Assembly (NCBI GenBank): GCA_048571215.1
Contig: CP182352.1
Span: forward strand, 2,240,001 to 2,304,000
Length of the DNA stretch: 64,000 nt
From: Halarcobacter sp.
GTDB taxonomy: Bacteria > Campylobacterota > Campylobacteria > Campylobacterales > Arcobacteraceae
Reading direction: 5' to 3'
Position 1 is the stretch's first letter; each line of letters begins with the position of its first letter. The notes beneath the pieces were generated by a model. That model did not search any database. It was given only the letters and a program-made list of their open reading frames with translations, and had not been told where the DNA came from. Of this stretch, positions 50,101-56,994 are shown piece by piece. Both the position numbers and the translations under genes were made by a program.

Positions 50101-53016
50101 GTTATAGAAAACCCTAACGCAGGAAATAGCCTAACAAATACTCAAGTTACAATCACAAGAACTGTACCATTTACATTAAATACTAAATACTATATAGAGA
50201 TTCCAAATACATCCTTTAAAGATGTTGAAAATAACTTCTATACAGGAATATCTTCAAAAGATAGCTGGAAATTTACTTCTGTAGATAATCATGCTCCAAC
50301 TATCACAAGTGATGGAGGTGGTGCAACTGCAACATTAAATGTAGATGAGAACCAAACAGCAGTAACAACAGTAGTAGCAAGTGATGTTGATAATGGACAA
50401 ACTATAAACTACAGTATTTCAGGAACTGATGCAGCTTCATTTAATATAGATTCCTCAACAGGAGTACTTACTTTTAAAACAGCACCAAATTATGAAGTTA
50501 AAAACTTATATGGTGTTACAGTAACTGCAACAGATAATGGAGGAAATACCTTAAGTGATAGCCAAGATTTAACAGTTAATATAAATGATGTAAATGATGA
50601 CCCTGTAATAACAATAAATAATACATTAACAACAGATGAAGATAATGCAAAAGATTTATTGTTTACTTATACAGATGAAGATTCAAATACAGTAACAGCA
50701 TCTGAAAAGACAGCACCAAGTTATGGGTCAATAGTAATAAGTAGTGATAAAATCACCTATACTCCAAATGCTAACTTTAATGGAAATGATAGCTTTGTTG
50801 TAACCTTAACAGATAATAATGGCTTTAGTGTAGATAAAGCAATAAGTGTAACAGTTAATCCTATAGATGATGCACCAGTTATTACAACTACCTTAGATAA
50901 CCAATCAGAGAATGAAGATGGTAAAGGTTTAGTTATATCGTTAACAACAACAGATGTAGATAATGATTTAAATACAACGCCAGCAACATATAGTGCAACA
51001 TCTTCAGATGAAAATATAGCAACAGCATATATTCAAAATGGAAAATTAATAGTTGTACCAAAACCAAATGCAAATGGAACAGTTACAATTACAGTTACAA
51101 CAACAGTAAATGGGAAAAGTTCAACAAAAACCTTTACCTATACCTTAGTTAGTGTAAATGATGCCCCAACTATTTCAAATATTGCAGATATTTCTCATGA
51201 ACAAAGTTCAAGTGCTATAAATAAAACAATCACCTTTGATATCTGGGATGATGTGGATGTAACAAGCTTAAGTGTAACAAGCTCAAATACAAACTTACTT
51301 CCAAATAGTGATATATCTGTTTCAAAACTATCTTCAACACAAGGTGAGTTAAGTTATACAATTTCTGCAAATAACGCAGGAACAACTACTGTGGAAGTTG
51401 TAGCAAAAGATGCTGAAAATCTAGAGTATAAAGAGAGCTTTAATATAAATGTAAAAGCTTCAAATGATGCTTTATGTGTAGAGAATACAAAAACAACATT
51501 GGTATTTGATACAATAAAAGAGAATAACATCTCTCAAGATGCAATAACATCAAATCTTGATTTGGTTAATACAATAGCTTCAATTTGTAGCTCAACTATA
51601 ACTTGGAGTATCTCAGATACAAGTGTTTTAGATGTAAATGGTATAGTAACTAAAGGTACAACAGATAAAACAGTAACTGCAACAGCAAATATAGCAAAAG
51701 GACAATTTAGTACTACAAAAGTATTCTTGCTTACAATTGTAAAGAATGCAATAAGTGATAGTGAAGCCTTAGATAAACTTCTGTTTGAAAATATAAAAGG
51801 TGATAACCTAAGTAGATTGAAAATCACTTCTAAACTTAACTTGCTAGATACAATCTTAGGTAAAACCATCACTTGGAGTGTAGATGATGATAGTGTAATC
51901 TCACCATACTCAGGATATGTAACAAGAGGTTCAAGCGATACACCTATAGTCTTAACAGCAAAAGTAGGAGCTGAAACGAAAACCTTTAATCTAACAGTTT
52001 TAAAAGATGAAAGTACAAATACAGCTGCTCAAATAGTTGCAAAAGATAAAGAGTTACTAAGTATAGACTCTATTTTAGGAGAGAATAAAGATGATAATAA
52101 TATTATCTATAACCTAGAAAAACCACTTCCAAGCTTAGGTGTAAATGGTTCAACAATAACTTGGAGTAGCTCAAATGAAAACTATATCACAAATGATGGG
52201 GATGTATTAAGAGATGAGAATGCAGATAAATATGTGGTGTTAACAGCAACTATTACAAATGGAAGTGAAACAACTACAAAAGAGTTTATACTAAAAGTTC
52301 TTCAAAATAAAATAGAAACAAATGATGAAACAACTTTTAAAAATGCAAGTGATACTCCAACAGGTACAAGTGTTACAACAACAAATAATGGTAGTGATAC
52401 AACAACAGAGGCAAGCTTTACTAATACAATTTTAAATATTGTAGAAAAAGTGGTATCTCAAGATAGTATAAACAATATTATTGAGTTTGCACAAAAAATA
52501 GTAAATGTATACCTAAATACAGATGGAACTTCTCAATCAACACTGCAAAATCAAGATGGAACAAGTTCTTCTATAGAAACACAAACTAAAGGTTCAACTA
52601 CAAATGTAGATGATAGTGGAAATGTTCAAACAACAAATGGTAGTGTAACTCTAAAATTAAATAGTGATGGAACAGTTACCCATGAAGTTACAAAAGGAGC
52701 TTTAAAAACAACAGCAGACTCTACAATCTCTGGTTCAAATGTAAAAGAGGATGGAAGTGGTAATGTTGAAACCACCTCAGAAGTTACTCAAGGTGGATTT
52801 GTATATAAAGCAGTTGTAACAACAAATAGTCAAGGGGAAACTACTACTAAGTTTGTAAAAGTAGATTTATCTACAGGGGAACAAAGTGAAGTTGATAAAA
52901 CAATAAGTGATACAACCCCATATCAAGCAGGAAATAAAGTAGAGATTAGTAAAGTAAATGGTGTTTTATATATTAAAACAACAACTCCACTTGATGGTAG
53001 TATAGTAATTGAATAA
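44101..53016 (+). CDS. Giant (~2970 aa) surface adhesin: five FG-GAP repeats, Ig-like tandem domains, cadherin-like domains, three atrophied-Ig-like domains and an unrecognised C-terminal beta-rich domain
   Basis: GGAGA RBS before ATG 44101; leader ending ...VTSLSA; DxDxDGDxD five times; DAAGN/DSAGN-type Ig repeats; NDAP/VDENQT cadherin-like linkers; ITWS..G.V three times. Confidence 0.9.
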   Translation: MNFKNKTISKIVSNILFKDMNKNILTIMSTGIIVTSLSANGPFVSGTNPLSSVSYSQQTAPTFGDLDGDGDLDALIGAWDGKLYYYINNGTKKSPSFSSSTMPSGLPSTYAGLTQMPAIGDIDNDGDFDVAIARQETNTTASSSIVYYKNNGDGTFSSFSPSGLPTSTGEKWGTLTFADVDQDGDQDLFMAHGKGGGLSYYKNNGSGNFSTATAPSGMPSGVSYPIFTFGDVDGDGDLDMFHGEYKNTEIEYYRNNSGTFNLVALNTAFPSSDLTNPGTSSTPWLMPNLVDIDNDGDLDLFIGNYAKAGNNVGIIYRENSATSLSSISPSDNSTNVSIDTNLVLTFSSAVNVNSGNIYIKKTSDNTLVETIDVTSGQVTGSGSTTITINPSSDLSNGIEYYVLTDSTAFINASTSSAVTGISDTKFWSFTTVSAPSTDSDTTLTASATVTEPVSLSTTVDTVGEAVDLFDFTITDGGSGDTLSTDISQIVLNTSGTGDFSKVTWRLNGPDATNVTGAYNSSTNTITFSGLSLSITDGGNETYTVNGYFNNNTGLTEDQTFILSVDGDTDLTLDASKTQMTGSNNPITNGGGTTVDVTATKLTFSTEPSTTVVSGSTFSTQPVIKAVDESGNVDIDFSSNIILSENGAGSLGGTTTVVASSGVVTFSGISYNAVSDSDSNFTITASATGLTSDTSNSINPDVVATKLVFTTQPSPTSLQNSVQTDFVTDPVVEARDANDILDIDYYNSVTISENGAGTGSFTNNSTNASGGVATFTGLTLSHNADETFKLVATGGDSISGTSSNLTVTSNNAPVTTLPSAPTIHEDATNVAFANTIQITDGDSDNQTVTLSATNGTLSLTPTGLSFTTGDGTDDATMTFSGTLAAVNTALDSLTFSPTADYDGSASLRVQTNDGNGGTDDDTLNLSVLNAPEITSIVRGTPSSQNTNADSLTFYVYLDSNITTDATAADFQVIGTTTATVTSVTRQSIYYEVVVSGGNLASFNGSVGLKFVDDNSVLDSNGVPIGGDGIDHFTTGETYTVDNTAPTTIISNIDISADTGTSSTDFLTKTASQTITATLSTALAGGEVLYGSIDGGSNWIDITSKVSGSAISWDGATLSGTNSIKLKVTDAAGNDGSIATQSYTIDTSAPTANLTSATDNVGSVTGGLSSGDTTDDTSLLLAGTNESGSTVKVYNGTTLLGTATVTGTSWTYSATIADGTTYQFNVKETDSAGNESTATSNFTVIGDTSAPTANLTSATDNVGSVTGGLSSGDTTDDTSLLLAGTNESGSTVKVYNGTTLLGTATVTGTSWTYSATIADGTTYQFNVKETDSAGNESTATSNFTVIGDTSAPTANLTSATDNVGSVTGGLSSGDTTDDTSLLLAGTNESGSTVKVYNGTTLLGTATVSGTSWTYSATIADGTTYQFNVKETDSAGNESTATSNFTVIGDTSAPTANLTSATDNVGSVTGGLSSGDTTDDTSLLLAGTNESGSTVKVYNGTTLLGTATVTGTSWTYSATIADGTTYQFNVKETDSAGNESTATSNFTVIGDTSAPTIAITSDKDALKAGETATITFTLSEASSNFASDDVSVSGGTLTNFSGSGTSYTATFTPTADSTTNGTIDIASSKFTDAAGNNNSAATQKSITIDTVVPSVTISSSSDSLKAGETATITFTLSEASSNFASDDVSVSGGTLTNFSGSGTSYTATFTPTADSTTNGTIDIASSKFTDAAGNNNSAATQKSITIDTVVPSVTISSSSNALKAGETATITFTLSEASSNFASDDVSVSGGTLTNFSGSGTSYTATFTPTADSTTNGTIDIASSKFTDAAGNNNSAATQKVITIDSEIPSVVITTDKNSAINGEVVNLSFALSEDSSDFTVDDITVSGGTIDNFEQDNTNSKLYTAKLTIDNTTTTKTTLDISASKFEDAAGNPNNVALQKTITILPSVLTYTPSLDATDIELDSTLVLEFSEKLNKGTGNILIKRYSDDNVVETIDVTGTNVVIENPNAGNSLTNTQVTITRTVPFTLNTKYYIEIPNTSFKDVENNFYTGISSKDSWKFTSVDNHAPTITSDGGGATATLNVDENQTAVTTVVASDVDNGQTINYSISGTDAASFNIDSSTGVLTFKTAPNYEVKNLYGVTVTATDNGGNTLSDSQDLTVNINDVNDDPVITINNTLTTDEDNAKDLLFTYTDEDSNTVTASEKTAPSYGSIVISSDKITYTPNANFNGNDSFVVTLTDNNGFSVDKAISVTVNPIDDAPVITTTLDNQSENEDGKGLVISLTTTDVDNDLNTTPATYSATSSDENIATAYIQNGKLIVVPKPNANGTVTITVTTTVNGKSSTKTFTYTLVSVNDAPTISNIADISHEQSSSAINKTITFDIWDDVDVTSLSVTSSNTNLLPNSDISVSKLSSTQGELSYTISANNAGTTTVEVVAKDAENLEYKESFNINVKASNDALCVENTKTTLVFDTIKENNISQDAITSNLDLVNTIASICSSTITWSISDTSVLDVNGIVTKGTTDKTVTATANIAKGQFSTTKVFLLTIVKNAISDSEALDKLLFENIKGDNLSRLKITSKLNLLDTILGKTITWSVDDDSVISPYSGYVTRGSSDTPIVLTAKVGAETKTFNLTVLKDESTNTAAQIVAKDKELLSIDSILGENKDDNNIIYNLEKPLPSLGVNGSTITWSSSNENYITNDGDVLRDENADKYVVLTATITNGSETTTKEFILKVLQNKIETNDETTFKNASDTPTGTSVTTTNNGSDTTTEASFTNTILNIVEKVVSQDSINNIIEFAQKIVNVYLNTDGTSQSTLQNQDGTSSSIETQTKGSTTNVDDSGNVQTTNGSVTLKLNSDGTVTHEVTKGALKTTADSTISGSNVKEDGSGNVETTSEVTQGGFVYKAVVTTNSQGETTTKFVKVDLSTGEQSEVDKTISDTTPYQAGNKVEISKVNGVLYIKTTTPLDGSIVIE
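47530..48741 (+). repeat. Four near-identical 303-bp (101-aa) Ig-domain tandem repeats
   Basis: GATACCTCTGCTCCAAC recurs at 47530, 47833, 48136, 48439 and 48742. Confidence 0.97.
48787..49610 (+). repeat. About three near-identical 294-bp (98-aa) Ig-domain tandem repeats
   Basis: CTAAAAGCAGGAGA recurs at 48787, 49081 and 49375. Confidence 0.95.
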
Positions 53017-53026
53017 GGATATAAAA

Positions 53027-53311
53027 ATGAAAAAGATATCAATAATTGTATTAAGTATTTTAAGCTCAATAGTATTTACTGCTTGTGGAGGGGGAGGAGG
53101 AGACTCCTCTTTCAAACAAACAATAGTAGATATAACAGTTACTTGTGTAGCAAGCCCAACTTCAACAGACTTTGATACTTATAATACTTTGTATACAGGA
53201 GATACTGTTGTAAATGATCAGCCAGGTACTACAGTTACAACCTATCATAATATAAATGGTGAAACAAAAGTGTGCTTAAATACAGGTGCAGCACATATTG
53301 TAAGGAAATAA
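53027..53311 (+). CDS. Small lipoprotein (94 aa)
   Basis: MKKISII...FTAC lipobox, Gly5 tether, two further Cys; its AAGGA RBS overlaps the adhesin stop codon. Confidence 0.85.
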   Translation: MKKISIIVLSILSSIVFTACGGGGGDSSFKQTIVDITVTCVASPTSTDFDTYNTLYTGDTVVNDQPGTTVTTYHNINGETKVCLNTGAAHIVRK

Positions 53312-53312
53312 G

Positions 53313-53933
53313 ATGAAAGTATTAAATAATATAAAAACACTAAGTTTGTTAAGTTTAGTAGTATTTGCAGTAAATCTAAATGCAGATTCTAGTTTAGAAA
53401 AAACCTTAGATGATAAAAATGTATATGTGGGAGTATCATTAGGTTATTCTAATCTTCATATGTCAAAGGATGATAAGGTAGGAAGTGTAGCTTTAATAGA
53501 GAATATAGACTCCTCTTCAAAAAACATCTTGTTAGAAACAGGGTTTGAATATAATAAAAATTTAGAATTCTCATTAAACTACCAAAGGGTAGATAATGAT
53601 GATGTAAACTTAGATAATGTATATGTTTCTTTAAAATATAAATTCCCACAAGATAAGTTTACTCCTTATGTAGCAGCAAACTTAGGATACTCACAATTAT
53701 CTTGGCAAACAAGACCAGTTGCAACCATAAATAATGATACAAGCTCAGGTTCATATTTAGTTGGTACAACTTTAGGATTGCTATATCCTTTAACTACTAA
53801 GGTTAGTTTAAATCTAAACTATCAAGTTAATATGTTAGACCATGAAACTAGTGTTGAAAGTTTACCTAATAGATCTATATTAAATCATGATTTACTTCAA
53901 TCTTTTAATGTTGGGATTAGGTATACTTTTTAA
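53313..53933 (+). CDS. Small outer-membrane beta-barrel protein (about 8 strands)
   Basis: Signal peptide, YVGVSLGYS, FTPYVAANLGYS, C-terminal beta-signal VGIRYTF. Confidence 0.88.
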   Translation: MKVLNNIKTLSLLSLVVFAVNLNADSSLEKTLDDKNVYVGVSLGYSNLHMSKDDKVGSVALIENIDSSSKNILLETGFEYNKNLEFSLNYQRVDNDDVNLDNVYVSLKYKFPQDKFTPYVAANLGYSQLSWQTRPVATINNDTSSGSYLVGTTLGLLYPLTTKVSLNLNYQVNMLDHETSVESLPNRSILNHDLLQSFNVGIRYTF

Positions 53934-53958
53934 AAAGTATATTTATGGCTAGTTTTTT

Positions 53959-53990
53959 AAGGAGTACTTATACTCCTTTAGGACTTTTTT
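53959..53990 (+). terminator. Hairpin terminator closing the adhesin locus
   Basis: AAGGAGTA-ctta-TACTCCTT followed by a T-rich tract. Confidence 0.6.
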
Positions 53991-54094
53991 ATTATTTGAT
54001 TTAAATAAAGATTCTAAAAAGTACGATTTTATGGAAACTTAAATCAAATTTAAAATATTAAATTTAAAAATTCCTAAACATCTTATTAACTTTA

Positions 54095-55450
54095 ATGATA
54101 TATAATCTTTGTTTATTTTATTATATGGGATTATATATGATTAAATCTATTTTACCTCTTAGTTCAATTATTGCTCTTAGATTTTTCGGTCTTTTTTTAG
54201 TTTTACCTGTTTTATCAGTATATGCAATCAAGCTACAAGGTGCTACAACAACCTTAGTTGGTATAGTTATTGGTGGATATGCTCTAACTCAAATGATATT
54301 TCAAGTACCTTTTGGAGTTATGAGTGATAAACTTGGGAGAAAAGGCACTATTATTACAGGGCTTTTACTTTTCGCCATTGGTTCTATTTTTTGTGCAATT
54401 GCAAATGATATTTTACTTTTATTACTTGGAAGATTTTTACAAGGTGCTGGTGCTATTGGTGCAGTTGTAACAGCTATGATTAGTGATTTGGTTAAAGAGG
54501 AACAAAGGCCAAAAGCTATGGCTTTAATGGGTGGCTCTATTGGTATTGCCTTTGCAGCTTCTATGCTTCTTGGACCAACAATTGGTTCACTTGCTGGTGT
54601 TCCTGCACTATTTTATCTTACTGCAATAATAGCACTTGTTTCTATAGTGGTTTTAGTTAAAGCTGTTCCAAATCCACCTAAAATAACCCATAGATACAAT
54701 GGGAAAGCCCAGTTATCTAAAGTCTTATTAAATGGCAATTTAATAAAAATGAACATAACTAACTTTTTACAAAAAGGTTTAATGACCTTTGCATTTATGG
54801 TTATCCCTTTAGTTCTAATAAAAGAACACAGTTGGCAAATGAGTGAATTATGGAAAGTTTACCTTCCTTCAATGATATTTGGTGTTTTAGCTATGGCACC
54901 AGCTGCTATATTAGCAGAAAAAAAAGGTAAATTTAAAGAAGTACTTGCTGTTGGTATTTTATTTTTTGCAATCTCCTATTTGATTATTGGTTTTAGTACA
55001 AATACATTGATGTTTATTATTGGTGTAGTTATCTTTTTTATTGGTTTTAATATGCATGAACCTATCATGCAATCTTTAGCATCAAAGTTTGCAAAAGTTC
55101 ACCAAAGAGGTTTGGTTTTAGGTATTTTTAACTCTTGCGGTTATTTTGGTACATTTTTAGGTGGACTATTTGGAGGGATTTTTTACGAAAAGGTTTCCCT
55201 ATCAGATTTAGTAATTATTATATCTGTAATTTGTGTACTTTGGATTATACTTATTTTAACTATGCCAAATCCAGCAAAAAAGAAAACTTCATATATCCAT
55301 GTTGATAATGTAAACAATGATAACTTACATAAACTAGATACGCTAAATGGTATTGATGAATGGTATATCAATGAATCAGAGAGTTTAGTTGTAGTAAAAT
55401 ATGATAGTCAAGAGCAAGAAGAATCTCAAATAGCAGAACTTATTAAGTAG
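54095..55450 (+). CDS. MFS transporter (YajR-like)
   Basis: LRFFGLFLVLPV, FQVPFGVMSDKLGRK, GRFLQGAGA; real start probably MIKSIL. Confidence 0.9.
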   Translation: MIYNLCLFYYMGLYMIKSILPLSSIIALRFFGLFLVLPVLSVYAIKLQGATTTLVGIVIGGYALTQMIFQVPFGVMSDKLGRKGTIITGLLLFAIGSIFCAIANDILLLLLGRFLQGAGAIGAVVTAMISDLVKEEQRPKAMALMGGSIGIAFAASMLLGPTIGSLAGVPALFYLTAIIALVSIVVLVKAVPNPPKITHRYNGKAQLSKVLLNGNLIKMNITNFLQKGLMTFAFMVIPLVLIKEHSWQMSELWKVYLPSMIFGVLAMAPAAILAEKKGKFKEVLAVGILFFAISYLIIGFSTNTLMFIIGVVIFFIGFNMHEPIMQSLASKFAKVHQRGLVLGIFNSCGYFGTFLGGLFGGIFYEKVSLSDLVIIISVICVLWIILILTMPNPAKKKTSYIHVDNVNNDNLHKLDTLNGIDEWYINESESLVVVKYDSQEQEESQIAELIK

Positions 55451-55569
55451 TTTAGTAAATAACTAAACTACTTTAAAACTCAAATTAATCAAACTAAAAA
55501 CTAAAAAATTGTAAAATATAATAAAAAAAAGATAATAAATAATTTTTTTGTTATCTTCAAGGTTATATT

Positions 55570-56208
55570 TTGAAAAAAGTTATTTTTCTATCTTTCATAA
55601 TGTTTTCTACATTTTATGCAAATGAAACTTCAAATATACTATATAACTTCTCTCAAGAAAAAATAGAATCTGTAAAAAACAAATATGGTAAAAAAGCAGT
55701 AAAAAGATTTCTTATATTAGATAGTGTTTTAGAAAAATCGAAAAACAAAGATATCCTTACTAAATTAAAAAATATTAATGACTTTTGGAATAGAGTAACT
55801 TACAAATCAGATTTAATTCATTGGAATAAAAAAGACTATTGGGCAACTCCTTTTGAATTTTTAGGAACAGGAGCTGGAGATAGTGAAGATTATGTAATTG
55901 CAAAATATTTCAGTTTAAGAAAATTGGGTATTCCAAAAAGTAAATTAAAAATAAGCTATATTAAGTTTAAAGAAAAAACTAATAAACCCCATATGGTATT
56001 AAGCTATTATCATAAACCCAACTCAATTCCAATTGTATTAGATAATATTGACAAAAAATTAAAACTTGCATCAAAAAGAATTGATTTTATTCCTACTGCG
56101 CTTGCTAACAATACTGCATTTACTAATAATACTATGCTTACTAATAATAAAGAAAAAATAAAAAGTTTAAAAATACTCAAATCCAAAACAAAACAACTTT
56201 CAAAATAG
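55570..56208 (+). CDS. LapG-like transglutaminase-like peptidase paralogue with catalytic Cys replaced by Ser
   Basis: DYWATPFEF, GAGDSEDYVIAKY (AGT at 55882-55884), PHMVL, LDN; divergent repetitive C-terminal tail. Confidence 0.85.
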   Translation: MKKVIFLSFIMFSTFYANETSNILYNFSQEKIESVKNKYGKKAVKRFLILDSVLEKSKNKDILTKLKNINDFWNRVTYKSDLIHWNKKDYWATPFEFLGTGAGDSEDYVIAKYFSLRKLGIPKSKLKISYIKFKEKTNKPHMVLSYYHKPNSIPIVLDNIDKKLKLASKRIDFIPTALANNTAFTNNTMLTNNKEKIKSLKILKSKTKQLSK

Positions 56209-56336
56209 TTTTACATAATAGTAAAGCACTTTAAAATTTATATTAATCAAACTAAAAACTTAGAAGTTGTAAAATATATGGAACATAAATAAAAGAGGAT
56301 ATATAATTAATCTTTTTTTATTCACAAGGGATTATT

Positions 56337-56984
56337 TTGAAGAAAGTACTATTTTTATCTTTTATAATCACTTCTATGTTTTATACAATTACAATAGCAA
56401 ATAAGTTATATAATATTTCTCCACAAAAAATTGATGCAATAAAGAAAAAGTATGGTAAAAAAGCTGAAAGAAGATTTTTAATTTGGGATAAAGTTATGCA
56501 AAGTGCTAAAAATAAAGATATCCTTCACAAATTAAAAGATGTTAATGATTTTTGGAATAAAGTTGCTTATAGATCAGATTTGGTCCATTGGAGAAAAAAA
56601 GATTACTGGGCCTCACCCTATGAATTTTTAGGAACAGGGGCTGGAGATTGTGAAGATTATGCTATAGCAAAATACTTTAGTCTAAGACAACTTGGTATTC
56701 CAGAAAATAAATTAAGAATAACCTATGTTAAACTAAAAAGAAGAAGTACAAGATATGATGAAGCCCATATGGTATTGACTTATTACCACAAACCTGACTC
56801 AACGCCAATTGTACTAGATAATATTGACAAAAGATTAAAACTTGCGACTAAAAGAACCGATTTGTTACCTGTATATAGTTTTAATGCAAGTGGCTTATGG
56901 CAAGCAAAAAACAAGGGTAGAACCTCTATAAGAGTTGGAAAAAATAATTTAAGTAACTGGAAGTCTTTAATGACTAGAATCTAA
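56337..56984 (+). CDS. lapG: Transglutaminase-like cysteine peptidase (LapG/BTLCP)
   Basis: GAGDCEDYAIAKY, AHMVL, LDN, PVYSFN; immediately upstream of a LapD-like gene. Confidence 0.9.
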   Translation: MKKVLFLSFIITSMFYTITIANKLYNISPQKIDAIKKKYGKKAERRFLIWDKVMQSAKNKDILHKLKDVNDFWNKVAYRSDLVHWRKKDYWASPYEFLGTGAGDCEDYAIAKYFSLRQLGIPENKLRITYVKLKRRSTRYDEAHMVLTYYHKPDSTPIVLDNIDKRLKLATKRTDLLPVYSFNASGLWQAKNKGRTSIRVGKNNLSNWKSLMTRI

Positions 56985-56994
56985 AGGAGAAAAG

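Noticed and set aside
53086..53101. G-rich tract in the lipoprotein gene as a phase-variation switch
   Set aside because: The longest run is only 5 G and it simply encodes the Gly tether
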